Part shown: in pieces, positions 45,579-57,857 of the stretch | Numbering within the stretch: the first letter of the stretch is position 1 | Layout: every line of letters begins with the position of its first letter | Source of the DNA: an uncultured Atopobium sp. | GTDB lineage: Bacteria > Actinomycetota > Coriobacteriia > Coriobacteriales > Atopobiaceae | Direction of reading: 5' to 3' | Length of the DNA stretch: 64,000 nucleotides | Assembly (NCBI GenBank): GCA_916438885.1 | Contig: CAKAGG010000002.1 | Span: 912,244 to 976,243 of the forward strand | Notes under the pieces: generated by a model | Told to the model about the DNA's origin: nothing | The model's database searches: none | The model's input: only the letters and a program-made list of their open reading frames with translations | Position numbers and translations under genes: made by a program

Positions 45579-45734
45579 AAGGGTCTCCTAGAACGTTTAG
45601 TAGTACGGTGTGACCTTTGAGAGACTATTCTACCCGAGTTACACGATGATATTCAAAAAGATACGTAATTTACAAACTCTCCGAAACGAATTTCGGGGAG
45701 TTTTAGCTCTAAATTGTGAGGTCAACGGTAGGAT

Positions 45735-46795
45735 TTAGCGGTTTTCAATATGTGCAACATTTTTTATTGAAATGGTAATCCTGCCATCAGACTCGTGAGA
45801 AAATTCTAGGTAACCTGGACGATCCGTTAGGTTTGAAGGGAATGAAATCTCAATTCCCGTATCGGTGCGGATTTTATGATTCTTTGCAATTCTGTTAGCA
45901 ACACCGCGTTTAACAGGAACTTCTTCGGGGAGCTCTCTGCTTGCCACCTGAGCCTCGTACTTTTCCTGAATCTCAGGACGCTCCTCAAAGATACGCTTAC
46001 CGACCTTAATAGGGTCTACTACCTCTTCTACCTCTGCTGCTTCTGCAACGGCGGCCTTAGCACGAGACACCTCAACAGCAGGCTCAAGACCATACTCTTC
46101 AGCCAAGTCTTGGACAATAACGGTTACCTCGCCAATAACCTCATGGCTTGATGCCTCTGACGTGCACTCAAGGAAAAGCTCTGGGATGATGAACTTTCCC
46201 TCTCCTGCTACAGAACGGTCATGGTCATGGAAATCAATGGCACCTGTGTCTAAATCAATGACTGCATACGAATCAACTTTTTGCGTAGGAGAAGGCAGTG
46301 TTGCATCTTGGCGCAAAATCTCATTTACAGAACCATTGACGTCATGAATAAAGGCCTGCTTGCGCGGAAGAAGTACGATGGCAAAAAGACGTCTTCCCTC
46401 GCCCTCAAATGCCTCAGCCTGAGCGTCCTCATCGTCTGCAGCAGCACTAGCAAGCGCCTGACCAGCATCGGTATCAATGTAGTCCGCCACAAGAAGATCG
46501 CATTGCTCAACGTCATCTGCGCGACGAAGCTCTTCCCAGAACCACTGAGCAATCTGATGAGAAAACTCTACAAACTCAACGTCTCCGTGAGCATACTCCT
46601 GAAGACCTCCAGCAAAATTGCTGGTAGGAGCAAACTCTCCGTGCCTAGACTCTGGATTTGCCGTAATTTTACGCAGTCTACGCTGTACGTATGACTTTGT
46701 CTGACGATCCTCTAAATCCAAGGTAGATTGAGAGAAGTATTTAGTTCCCGTCTCAAATCAAAGACGTGAAGAATTGCCTTAGTAACTCTAAGCAT
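45735..46795 (-). CDS. Nucleoid-associated protein (NA37/YejK family; frameshift near 46755)
   Basis: MLRVTKAILHVFD start, LPSPTQK, KIRTDTGIEISFP, DGRITISIKNV. Confidence 0.78.
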
Positions 46796-46837
46796 GTAAA
46801 ACCTCGTTTATTGCAGATGTTTTGCTGGCGAGAAACC

Positions 46838-47400
46838 CTAGTGCTTGACGCACATCAGAGGATCGCCAATCTTAACCAGTGGACGACCACCAATCAGCGT
46901 TCCGGACTCACCAATCAAATCAATGCGCTCATACTGATCTGCATTAACAACGGTAACAACTACAACGTTCTCATATCCTGCTTCTTCAATAGCAGCAGCA
47001 TCAAATGAAATCAGTGGAGTACCGGCCTTGACCTCATCGTTGGCGTGAACGTAACGGGTAAAACCCTTACCATTCATCTCGATGGTACCAACACCAATGT
47101 GAATCAAATCTCAATACCAGTATCAGTGGTAAGGCCAATTGAGTGATTGGTTACGTTAGTTGCAGTAACGCGAGCATTGCAAGGAGCATATACACAGTCA
47201 AGACCAACAGGCAAAATACCATAGCCCTGGCCAAAGAGACCGCTTGAGATTACCTCATCGTGAACCTCTTGTACGCTTACCAGGACACCAGAAACTGGTG
47301 CATAGATAGTGTCTTCCCTGGTAGCAAATGTAGCCTTTTGAGGTTGCTCTGTTCCATTAGAAGGAACAAACACATTTTTAACCTTTGACCAAAGACCCAT
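46838..47400 (-). CDS. Glucose-family PTS IIA component (frameshift near 47105)
   Basis: IYAPVSG, VHDEVISSGLFGQG, TNHSIG, IHIGVGTIEMNGKGF. Confidence 0.85.
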
Positions 47401-47535
47401 GATGCCTCCTTGAGTATGTGCTCTGCACAGATACCATCTGACATAACATTTCCATTTTACCTAAGCGAGAAGGACGAATGCCCCACAGAGGAACATCCGT
47501 CCTTCTTTCACGAATTTACAACACGAAGATACAAT

Positions 47536-49638
47536 TTACTGCATTCTCTTAGCACCCCTGAAGATGATTGAACGTGCAGCAAAATAGGTAACCAGGAAGT
47601 ATCCACCATACAAAGCAGTTACTACTGCAACTACTCCACCAATGCTGCTAGCTACATCAAAGTTGCCAATCGACTTGATGACAGAAACCATAATAGACAT
47701 TGCGCATGTTGCGTGCGCAGCTGCCATAAGCAGCGGGAACAGGAAGTACACGCCAATCTGAACAAAGAGCGCGCGACTTGCAAGGCCCTTCTCGGCACCA
47801 AGTTCTGCAAGAACTTGATAGGCGCGAGCGTTATCCGATGCCTCGGAGAGCTGCTGAAGTGCCAGGATAGCAGCACAAGCAATAAAAAGTACCAAACCAA
47901 TGTACAGCGCCAGATACGTCACAATACCAGAGAATCCAGCAGTCGATTGAATGTACTCGGAAGCGGTGACCACAAGCATTAAAGAATAAGGATCGGAATC
48001 GCTACCAGTTACGGCGCCATCACCAAAGTACTGCTTAACTTGACCCTGGAACTGCGTTTCAGAAGCATCGCCTGGGGTTTGATAGTTGCCTAAGATATAA
48101 GAGTTGGTCAAAACAGTGCTTGAAGGGAAACTTTGATCAGCAACAACCACAATTCCAGCTGCTGGCATAAGTGCAGGACCGCCTTGTGTCTGCGCAATGT
48201 CGAGCGTTCCGCCAACAGCATGAAGCTTGTGGCCCTCAATGGTGAGCTCGGGATTGTTTGCAAGAGAATCCTGCCAGTATTTGTGAGATTAGTATCTAGC
48301 GTCCAAACCATATAGCCGTCAGTACCAAAGTCAACAGGCTCAAGCCCAGATGCAACGCGCAGTTTGTTGTACTGAGAAGCTCGCATCAAAGTTACGTTTT
48401 TCTGCGCAGGATCTTCCTGGCCACTATAGCCGGTAAAGTAATCACTAAAGCGCTTGCCTGTTACAGCATCAATAGAGCCATACGTAAAACTAGGCGTTGT
48501 TGGATCACTTTGAGCGTAGTACGTATCTACCTGGAAGGCGTTTTTGATAGTTTTGTCCCACTCTGGATCTAGCTTCTGCACTACAGCAAGGTAGTCGTAC
48601 GAATCTGCTGGACCAGGGGTATAACTGCGCTCTGAGCCTGGATTAATTGCCACAGAAACATCGTACGTTTTGAGCTTAGAGAAGCTGGCATTCATAGAGT
48701 CAACAAGCGAGAAACCCGTACCAAGTCCACAGACTGCCACAAAGAGCATAGCGCAGACTAAAGAGATGGAAACCCAAGCAGTATTAACGCGGGCATTGAA
48801 CTGACGCAGGATAAATGAGTGAAGACCCTTGTAGTAGAAGCCCTTCTGCATCTGCATAAATCTGAGCAAAAAACCAGAGATTGAGAAGAAAAAGAGTGCT
48901 GTGCCCACAGATACCAAAGCAGTAGCCATGGCAAACTCGTCATCTATCTGTTTTAAACCATTGTGCTGAAGCAGAGTATAGGAATAAGCAATGATTCCAA
49001 GAGAGGCCAGGAAGAGCAGCACTGAGACAGTAAGATTCCTTACCTTAACGGTCTGAGTTACTTTGTCTGCGTTAAGAAGGTCAATAAGCTTGTAGCGGGA
49101 CACCGTGGTGACGTTAAAAATCAGCGCAACCACAAACATAACTACAAAGTAAATAACCGTTTGAATCAGTGCAGTTTGCGAAAACACAAATTTAAATGAA
49201 TCAAGAGTCGTGTTGAACATGTGGGCCGTTGCAAACATCATAAATTGAGAGATAAATACCTGCAACAAGTCCAACTACCAGGGCGAGAAAACCAACAAGC
49301 AGTGTCTCAATACTCATAATCTTAGAGACATTTCTCTTGGTCATACCCAGTATCTGGTACATACCAAATTCTTTTTTTCTACGGCGAATCAGAAATTGAT
49401 TAGCGTAGACAACAAGAAATCCCATAATAACGGCGAGAAAAACGCTTACTCCAGAGATGGTATTACTTAAGAGCTGAACAATGCGTCTCTGGTCTTCAGA
49501 AAGATCCAACACCATGGACTGCTGAGTGATTGAATTGAAGGAATAAAACAGTGCAACGCCTACTGCCAATGTCAGAAAGTAAATGCTGAAATCGCGCAGT
49601 GATTTCTTGACGTTACCAAGCGCGATTTTACTGTACAT
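47536..49638 (-). CDS. BceB-like FtsX-family ABC permease (frameshifts near 48160-48300 and 49250)
   Basis: IYFLTL, FLIRRRKKEFGMYQILGM, large extracellular domain, QIGVYFLFPL. Confidence 0.85.
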
Positions 49639-50457
49639 CAGCACCCTCTCCTCCCAGGAATGAAACGACGTCCATGATCTGGTCAAAGAACTGCTTACGG
49701 GGTTTCTCGCCACGAACTATCTCGTTAAAGATGCGACCATCTTTAATGAAAATGACGCGATGAGCGTAAGAAGCTGCATATGAATCGTGAGTAACCATGG
49801 CAATAGTTGCGCCATTACGGTTGAGGTTCTCAAAGCTCTCAAGAAGTGTGCGGGCGTTCTTTGAGTCAAGTGCGCCGGTTGGCTCGTCTGCAAGGACCAG
49901 CGAAGGATTAGTGACAATTGCTCGAGCTGCAGCAACGCGTTGACGCTGGCCACCGGACATCTCGTAAGGGAACTTGTCAAGCACCTCAGAAATCTGAAGC
50001 AGCTTGGCAACATTTTCTACGCGCTCCAAGACTTCCTGAGCGCGGACGTGACCAATGGTTAGTGAGAGCGCGATATTCTCACGAGCAGTAAGGCTGTCAA
50101 GCAAGTTTGCGTCCTGGAAATGAAGCCTAAGCGGTCGCGTCTAAAGGCAGAAAGCTCTGCTCCACGCAGGCTGGAAAGCTCTTGGTCATCAATAAAGATG
50201 TGGCCTGCAGATGCCTGGTCAATGGTAGAGATGCAGTTCAAAAGTGTCGTTTTGCCAGAACCAGAAGGACCCATGATAGCGATAAACTCACCGCGAGCTA
50301 CAGAAAGATTAATGCCGTCCAGTGCCTTTGTGATATTTCCGCGAGTTCCATAGTACTTCTCGAGGTTTTGGCAAACCAAAACAGTGTGAGGGGTAAGTGC
50401 TGAAGATTGTCCAGCCACAACAGTTGGCTGAGTTGGAGTTACTTGAGTAGCTGCCAT
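49628..50457 (-). CDS. BceA-like ABC ATPase (frameshift near 50120)
   Basis: GPSGSGKTTLLNCISTID, FRRDRLGF, MSGGQRQR, LADEPTGALDSK, MVTHD. Confidence 0.9.
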
Positions 50458-50533
50458 GTTGCGTCCTTTCATTGGGAGCGAGTAAATCTTGAGATATATA
50501 CTCCGTCACTACCGTTTACGTTGCCATCGATTG

Positions 50534-50573
50534 ACCTTACGGAAACCTTACGCTTTTCTCACTTTGATGTGTC
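50534..50573. promoter_or_regulatory. Putative OmpR/BceR-type response-regulator binding site
   Basis: ACCTTACG direct repeat at 50534 and 50545 (11-bp period) plus CTCAC-TTTGAT-GTGTC upstream of the ABC ATPase. Confidence 0.55.
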
Positions 50574-50609
50574 AAAATATCACTATCAAGCATACGGGAG
50601 GGGCATGCT

Positions 50610-51606
50610 ATGAAGTTAGTAATTAAAAGATTTGGGCAGCTTACCGCTAAAGAGTTATATCAAATTCTTTCTCTAAGAGCAGAAACGTTCATTGTTGATC
50701 AGCAGATTATGTACAACGATCTTGATAACGTTGATCAAGTTTCTACCCATATCTTTTATCAGGATACTGACTCGGTAGCTGCATATTTGCGCATCATTGA
50801 TGTGGGACAGTCATACAACTCCCCTCTTATTGGTCGCGTATGTGTTAGCAACAAAGGCGCTGGTATTGGTTCAAAACTACTGCACGATACCCTTGATTAC
50901 CTGGCACAAGAAAGTAGTGCTTCCAAGGTGTTTGTTGAGTCGCAACTCAAAGCTCAGCCCTTCTACGAGCGCGCTGGATTTACGCAGGTATCTTCTAAGG
51001 TACTTGATCACTTTGACGTCCTCCACCATGTGCTCTCTCTTGACCTTGATGCATATCGTCAGACGAGAAATACAATCAGCATTGATGATGCTCACGTTTC
51101 AATTAGACCACTTGAAGTAGCTGATTTACGTGCGCTGCAGAAGCTTAGCGTAGAGACATTTGTAGATACCTTTATTGACTCAAACACAGCAGATGATTTA
51201 GCAAGTTGCATTGACTCTCTCTACAACACAGAAAAGCTTGCCCGTGAGCTTGCTGCTAAACACTCATATTTCTATTTTTGTTGAGGTAAAAGGTCAAGTA
51301 GCTGGCTACCTTAAGCTCAATACGCGTTATGAGCAGACTGAGGGTCAGCGCGATGACTCACTTGAAATTGAGCGCCTCTATATTCTTCCGCACTACAAAG
51401 GCCTGCACCTTGGATCAAAGCTCATGAAATTTGCCCTTGATCTGGCAAAAGAGAAGGGTAAGAAGCGCGTGTGGCTGGGTGTTTGGGAACACAATGAGCC
51501 TGCTAAGGCATTTTATTCACATTGGGGATTCAAGCGTTTTAGTCAGCATACCTTCCCAGTAGGAAGCGATCCTCAAACAGATGAACTGTGGGAGCTTCTA
51601 CTATAA
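50610..51606 (+). CDS. Tandem GNAT acetyltransferase (ElaA-like + PaiA-like domains; frameshift in T run near 51278)
   Basis: N-terminal ELYQILSLRAETFIVDQ/IGRVCV; C-terminal LEIERLYIL, VWLGVWEHNEPAKAFY, GSDPQTD. Confidence 0.8.
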
Positions 51607-52638
51607 ATCCGTAAAAGACTGGTTGAACGTAATGGAAAAGGTTGAACCTTTACCAATTGTACTGCTCACAGCCAGCTTAAGGCCCATCTTTTTACAGAGC
51701 TCATAGCAGAGATAGAGACCCATACCGGTAGATTTGGCGTACTTGCGTCCATTTTGGCCGGTAAATCCCTTATCAAAAATACGAGAAAGATCCTCTTCAG
51801 GAATACCGATGCCATTATCTTTAATGAAGAGAGTAGTTGAAGTAGTTCCTTCACGTGGCTCTGAGACAGAGGCAGAAATCCAAACGTTTTTCTCGCCAGG
51901 TGCAAGCTCTGGATTTGAATACTTTGCAGCGTTAATCAGAAGCTGTCGCAAAATAAACTCAAGCCACTTTGGGTCAGCCTTTACCACGTGAGCCAAGTCA
52001 TCAAAATGCGGAGAAACGCCAGCGTCAATGAAGACACGTGCATTATTTTTAAGGGCGTCTTTGACAATAGACTGCAAATTGACGTCTCTGATAGAAAAAT
52101 CTCGATCTACGGATGCACTGCGAGCATAAAAGAGCGCCTGTTCTACCAGCGATTCAATCTTAGTGAGCTGTGTTTGCACGTCATCCATAGGCAGCGATGG
52201 ATTATTTTGAGCAACCAAATGAGCTGCGGCGATGGGAGTCTTAATCTCATGCACCCACATCTCAATGTACTCTCGATATTCCTTTGATCGCATATGCTCA
52301 TCAGCAAGCTGGTCCATCATAGACTTTGACATGCTTGAAAGTGCGTCTTTAAAAAGCCGTTCTTCCAGCGTTGAAGGCGTATCCAGCATGGTAGGAACCA
52401 GATAGCTCTCTTTATCAGTTGCTGCTAAATTCTCAGCAAGCTGCTGGTAAAACCAACGACGATGAAAATAATCGGCTAATAGTGCAGCTGTTCCCACTAC
52501 CCATAAAACCAGAATACAGTAGGCAATAGCAAACACGTTAAGTCCAACACCTTTAAGCATAAAGCCAATCAACGTGCTGCTAGCTATAAGCGCAAGAAAG
52601 AAAATAGTTCGATTTTTTAGATACTTGAGAAACGACAT
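51601..52638 (-). CDS. BceS-like intramembrane-sensing histidine kinase
   Basis: Two close TMs, WVHEIKTP, QLLINAAKYS, DNGIGI, GMGLYL. Confidence 0.92.
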   Translation of the reverse strand: MSFLKYLKNRTIFFLALIASSTLIGFMLKGVGLNVFAIAYCILVLWVVGTAALLADYFHRRWFYQQLAENLAATDKESYLVPTMLDTPSTLEERLFKDALSSMSKSMMDQLADEHMRSKEYREYIEMWVHEIKTPIAAAHLVAQNNPSLPMDDVQTQLTKIESLVEQALFYARSASVDRDFSIRDVNLQSIVKDALKNNARVFIDAGVSPHFDDLAHVVKADPKWLEFILRQLLINAAKYSNPELAPGEKNVWISASVSEPREGTTSTTLFIKDNGIGIPEEDLSRIFDKGFTGQNGRKYAKSTGMGLYLCYELCKKMGLKLAVSSTIGKGSTFSITFNQSFTDL

Positions 52639-52644
52639 AGCAGC

Positions 52645-53316
52645 CTACTCAATAACGTAGCCAAGCCCGCGGCGTGTCATGACAAAGTCCTCAACGCCAA
52701 TGCTTGCAAGAGTATTTCTGAGGTGGCTAATGTTTACCGTCAACGTATTGTCATCAACAAACTCGTCCGACTGCCACAGTTCTTCTTGAATACGCTGGCG
52801 AGAAACAACCGTTCCCGCGTTTTGCATCAAAAGTGAAAGTATTCTGAGCTCGTTTTTGGTCAGCTCGACGCTCTTCTGATTTGCAGAAACTTTGCAGGAA
52901 GAAGAATCAAGCGTCACACCTGCATGTGAAAGCTTTGTTCCTGTTGTGACATCGCTATTTGCACGCCTCAAAACCGAGGTTATGTGCATAAGCAAAATCT
53001 GGGTGTTATAGGGCTTGGCGATAAAATCGTCCGCTCCTAACGAGAGCACCATAAGCTCATCAAGGTCTGTGTTTCTGCTGGTAACTACAATGATGGGAAC
53101 GTTTGAGAGCTGTCGTACTTCTCGACAAATCTGTTGTCCGTCAATGCCAGGAAGGTTAAGGTCCAACAAAACCAGGTCTGGATGAGCGGCAATAATCTGT
53201 TGAGGTACAGACTCAAAAGACGTGAGAGCCTGGGCCTCAAAGCCGTTTCTTTGTAGCAGGAGCACCAACTCTTGCTGAATCTGATGGTCATCCTCTACTA
53301 CCAGGATTTTTGTCAT
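52645..53316 (-). CDS. BceR-like OmpR-family response regulator
   Basis: VVEDD, LLDLNLP, GADDFIAKP, FVDDNTLTVNI, TRRGLGY. Confidence 0.93.
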   Translation of the reverse strand: MTKILVVEDDHQIQQELVLLLQRNGFEAQALTSFESVPQQIIAAHPDLVLLDLNLPGIDGQQICREVRQLSNVPIIVVTSRNTDLDELMVLSLGADDFIAKPYNTQILLMHITSVLRRANSDVTTGTKLSHAGVTLDSSSCKVSANQKSVELTKNELRILSLLMQNAGTVVSRQRIQEELWQSDEFVDDNTLTVNISHLRNTLASIGVEDFVMTRRGLGYVIE

Positions 53317-53337
53317 ATGTGCTCACCTCCTGCTGTG

Positions 53338-54355
53338 CTATGCAAGTCCTACAAAGCGCTGGGCGTTTTCCCACAGTATGGTATACGTCTTCTCTTTGGG
53401 GATATCAAGTCGCTGCCAACGAAGCTCAGCCAAGCGCTCAACCGTGTGCACCACCATCGCTGGCGTACACTCCCCTCCACGTAAAGGCTCTGGTGCCATG
53501 TAGGGGAAATCAGTCTCTGAGAGCAGTTGTGCCTCTGGGCAGGAAATCATTGCAGCTCGAATATCATCTGAGCGCTTAAAGGTTGCTGCGCCACCAAAGG
53601 CCACGAAGCAACCAAGATCTGCAAAGGGCTTCATGATCTCAGGACCATCGGTGTAGCAATGCAGGTCACAGCCAGCCTTAGGCACTCCCATACGGTTCAA
53701 AATTTCAAGCGCCAAATCATGAGCATGTGTATCATCAGCACCATCACGTAGGTGTAATTCAACGCGTTGATTATGCTCGTGTGCAATGGAGAGCTGGCGC
53801 TCAAATACTTGGCGCTGGACCTCTTCTGAAACCTCGCAGTACGGTCCAAAATCAAGGCCAATCTCTCCCACGCCAACACAAAGAGGATACTCAAGCAACT
53901 CAAACAAGCGCTGTTCAGCTTCTTGGTTGTAGTCTGGTGCGCTATAAGGATGTGCGCCAACTACAAAATATGTGTGCTCAAACAAATACTCTGCAGGTAA
54001 ATCGCAGGGTACGCAGAGATTTGCCTCAGCCAGCTTTGTATAAGCAGCGCGAGCCTGGTTTAAAGTATCCTCAAACCATACAATAAAAGCGCTGGTATCT
54101 ACCCACTTACGAGGAAACTCCGTAGCAATATCTACGGGAACAATAAGCATGCGAACGCCCGATGCTGCTGCTCGTGCAAGAGACTCTGCAGCGCTGTGCT
54201 CGTGGAGGCTGCCCAAATGACCATGGGTATCGGCAACAGGCGCCAAAACACGCGGCGCTGGGCGAGGCGTACCGTAAATATCATGGAATAAATGACCGTC
54301 AGAAAGAAAGTGCTTCCACTTCTTCTGCTGATAGATGATGCTTTTTCTTACTCAC
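53338..54355 (-). CDS. tatD: TatD family deoxyribonuclease (N-terminal frameshift near 54305)
   Basis: DTHGH, GAHP, GEIGLD, LHCY, SETDFPY. Confidence 0.9.
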
Positions 54356-55292
54356 TCAAAGGCTCCAAAGCAGCTGCAAGACAAATAAAGTCTTGGCTAG
54401 TCAAAACTTCTGCACGCGCCGTAGGCGCAATTCCTGTGGCGAGAAACGCCTGATCTAGCTTGTCTTTATCAAAACCAGAAGCACTCATTGAATTACGAAT
54501 GGTCTTTCTACGCTGTGCAAAGGCAGCGTCAATAACCCTCATGGTATGCAAGAGCTCTTCCTCAGAAAGAAGTTTGGAGGTCAGCGGGTTTCTCGCCTGG
54601 GTGCGATCAAGGCGAACCACGGCAGAATTGACGCGTGGCGGAGGCATAAAGTTGCCAGGACCCACTTCAAATCTGCCAGTAACCTGCGCAAATAAAGACA
54701 GCTTTGCGGTATAAGCGCCATATGCCTTGGTAGAAGGCTTGGCGGCAATTCTGTCGGCCACCTCAGCCTGCACCATGACCACCGCTCGCTCAAGCGAAGG
54801 AAGCTCCTGGAAAAACTTAAGAATCAGCGTAGCCGCCACCTGATACGGCAGATTAGATACAAACTTAGTTGGCATCGGGGAGTTCGGTGCTGCGCTCTGA
54901 GCAACGGTCGGAAGCGTACTGTAAGCCTCAGCAAGCTTCTGCGGCGTAATTGCCAGAGCGTCTCCCATAACCAGCGCAAACGAGTCTGGATGCGGCTCTT
55001 TGCAGGTTACCTCCAAGACTTGCTCAAGCTCAGAATCTGCTTCAAGCGAGCAAACCGCACGGGCGTTGTCGAGCAAGGCCACCGTAAGGGTACCCAAACC
55101 GGGTCCAACCTCGACAATCACATCAGTAGGCTGAACCTCTGCAAGCTGAACGATCTTCTCGATAACATGGTCTTGTACCAAGAAGTTTTGACCCAGCCTG
55201 TATTTGGTGGCAAGGCCAAAACGTTCCAGTGTTTCTTTAGTGGCCCGCTGATTAGCAAGCCACGATGTCTGATGCGATGCGTGCTCCGACAC
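54348..55292 (-). CDS. rsmA: 16S rRNA adenine dimethyltransferase
   Basis: LGQNFL, EVGPGLG, SNLPYQ, PPPRVNSAV, FAQRRKT. Confidence 0.96.
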   Translation of the reverse strand: MSEHASHQTSWLANQRATKETLERFGLATKYRLGQNFLVQDHVIEKIVQLAEVQPTDVIVEVGPGLGTLTVALLDNARAVCSLEADSELEQVLEVTCKEPHPDSFALVMGDALAITPQKLAEAYSTLPTVAQSAAPNSPMPTKFVSNLPYQVAATLILKFFQELPSLERAVVMVQAEVADRIAAKPSTKAYGAYTAKLSLFAQVTGRFEVGPGNFMPPPRVNSAVVRLDRTQARNPLTSKLLSEEELLHTMRVIDAAFAQRRKTIRNSMSASGFDKDKLDQAFLATGIAPTARAEVLTSQDFICLAAALEPLSE

Positions 55293-55294
55293 GA

Positions 55295-56904
55295 TTACTT
55301 GCTTGCAAGACGTGGGAACAGAGCGTCTCCCTTAGAGACAGCCAGGCCGCCCTGAAGCTTACCCCATACGCACTCGCTACGGGTATCGGTAGAGGTAATC
55401 TCAGCCTCATCAAGGCTCATACGGTGCAGAACCTCAGCAGACGTCGTAGGCATAAATGGCATAAAGAGATGTGCGCAAATACGAATAGACTCAAGCAGCG
55501 TATAGATAATCTCTGCAAGCTCTGATGCGCGCTCTGGATCTTTTGCCACCGTCCAAGGAGCAGCGTCCTCAATGTAGTGGTTAGCTGCATGGACAAGCTC
55601 CATGATGATGTTCTTAGCACCCACGTAGTCCATCTTCTCCATGCATGCCGCATAGCGGTCATAGATACCCTCGGCCAGCTTGCGCAGCGGATGATCTGCA
55701 GGAACAGTAGAACCATCAAAGGTTGGAGTGACTCCCTCAAAGTACTTATCGCTCATATTAAGGGCGCGAGAAACCAAGTTACCCCAGCTATTTGCCAGGT
55801 CAGCGTTATAGACCTGCTCCATGCGCTCGAAGGAAATGCCGGAGTCCTCACCAGGAGTGACGTCGGTCATAAAGTAGTAACGGTAACCCTCAACACCCAG
55901 CAAATCCAAAACGTCCTTAGTGCAATGGCGTTTCCGCGAGATTTACTCATCTTCTCAACAACGCCGGTCTCAGAGTTACGGACATTCAAGAAGCCGTGAG
56001 CAAAAATGTGCTCAGGCACAGCCTCACCAAGAGCCATAAGCATTGCAGGCCAAATGACGCAGTGGAAGCGAATGATGTCCTTACCAACAACGTGCATCTG
56101 AGCTGGCCAGAAACGCTTTCTCATGGCAGCAGCCTCTGGGGTGTCATCACCGTAACCAACAGCGGTGTAGTAGTTGAGAAGAGCGTCAAACCAGACGTAG
56201 GTTACGTGAGACTCATCAAAAGGAACTGGAACACCCCAGTCAAAGCTGGTACGAGATACAGAAATATCCTGAAGACCAGACTCAACAAAGCTGCGAACCT
56301 CGTTTGCACGGAAGTCTGGCTCAATGAAATTTGGGTGCTGAGCATAGAGCTCAAGCAGTTTATCCTGGAATGCAGAGAGCTTGAAGAACCAAGACTCTTC
56401 AGAGACACGCTCAAGCTCACGATGGCAATCTGGGCAGAGGTGTGCACCCTTGCAACCAGCCTCTTCATCTGCCTTCTCTACCTGAGTCTCGGTGAAGAAG
56501 GTCTCCTCGTGGATGCAATACCATCCATCGTAAGATCCCTTATAGATGAAGCCAGCCTCACGCATGCGCTCCCACAGATACTGGACTGCTTTTACGTGAC
56601 GCTCATCGGTAGTACGGATGAAATCGTCATATGAGATATTCAGCTCTTCATAGAGTCCCTTGAAGAAAGGAACCTGCGAGTCACACCATGCTTGTGGAGA
56701 TAAACCGTGATCAGCTGCAGCAAGAGCGACCTTCTCGCCATGCTCGTCCATACCGGTGAGGAAAAATACATCGTAACCAGCAGCGCGTCTAAAGCGAGCC
56801 TGGATATCGCAAAGCAGGGTGCAGTACGCAGTTCCCAGGTGTGGCTTTGCGTTGACGTAATAAATTGGGGTGGTAATAAAGTATGACGGCTTGGCCTCGG
56901 GCAT
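55295..56904 (-). CDS. metG: Methionine-tRNA ligase (frameshift near 55920)
   Basis: ITTPIYYVN, HLGT, DEHG, YVWFDAL, GKDIIRFH, KMSKS, LANSWGNLVSR. Confidence 0.96.
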
Positions 56905-56981
56905 AATGACTCCCTTTGTGTAAGTTGCAATAACTTATCCAGTATAGAGCAAATGCCGGGCGCGCTGTGTTGGTATGGTGA

Positions 56982-57857
56982 TTATGCCTCGTAAGCAAGA
57001 ATTGCCTGGTATGCCTCGTCACGCGCAATACCAAACTTCTGAGCAAGCTCCTTGGCCAGAGCTGATTTTCTCGTACCAGCAGCAAGACCAGCCTCTATTG
57101 CATCTTCAAGCGAGAGCTGAGATTCTCCTTCTGCCTGCGATGATGTTGCGACAAGCTCTTCATCCGTGGGAGCTGCAATGACCAAAACACACTCGCCTTT
57201 AAGGTTCTCTTTTGCAGCAAGTGTCTCAACAAGGCAAGGAGCCACGTCGCGCACTACTTCTTCGTGCAGCTTAGTAAGCTCTCTGACAAGAGCCACCTGC
57301 CTGGTTGGAAACACCTCGGCTATGGCCTCAACCGTTGCGAGCACCCTAAACGGAGACTCATACAGCACAATAGCGCCAGGAATTGATGCAAGCTGCTGTA
57401 AGCGCTGAACAATCTGTCCATGCTTTCTGGGCAAGAATCCTTCAAAGAAGAAATGATCACTTGCCAGACCTGATGCAACAAGCGCACAGGTTACCGCAGA
57501 AGGACCCGGAATAACCTCCGTAGCAAGGCCTTCTGAAAGCGCCGCATCAACCAAATGCTGACCCGGGTCAGAGATGCCTGGCATACCGGCATCTGACACA
57601 AACGCAACATGCTGACCCACACGAAGCCTCTCAAGCGTTGGCTCAATTTGCGACTCAATAATATTTTGATCACAGCGCTGCAGTGGCACATGAATGTCAA
57701 ATGCCGAGAGGAGCTTTGAGGTCACGCGTGTGTCCTCACATAAAATGGCATCCGCTGCTGCAAGCGTTTCTTTAACGCGCGGTGACGCATCCGAAAGGTT
57801 ACCAATAGGCGTGCCCACAATAGACAGTTTACCTGCTAAAAGAGTAGATTCTGTCAT
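56982..57857 (-). CDS. rsmI: 16S rRNA C1402 2'-O-methyltransferase
   Basis: GTPIGNL, CEDTR, SDAGMPGISDPG, YESP, RELTKLHEE. Confidence 0.96.
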   Translation of the reverse strand: MTESTLLAGKLSIVGTPIGNLSDASPRVKETLAAADAILCEDTRVTSKLLSAFDIHVPLQRCDQNIIESQIEPTLERLRVGQHVAFVSDAGMPGISDPGQHLVDAALSEGLATEVIPGPSAVTCALVASGLASDHFFFEGFLPRKHGQIVQRLQQLASIPGAIVLYESPFRVLATVEAIAEVFPTRQVALVRELTKLHEEVVRDVAPCLVETLAAKENLKGECVLVIAAPTDEELVATSSQAEGESQLSLEDAIEAGLAAGTRKSALAKELAQKFGIARDEAYQAILAYEA

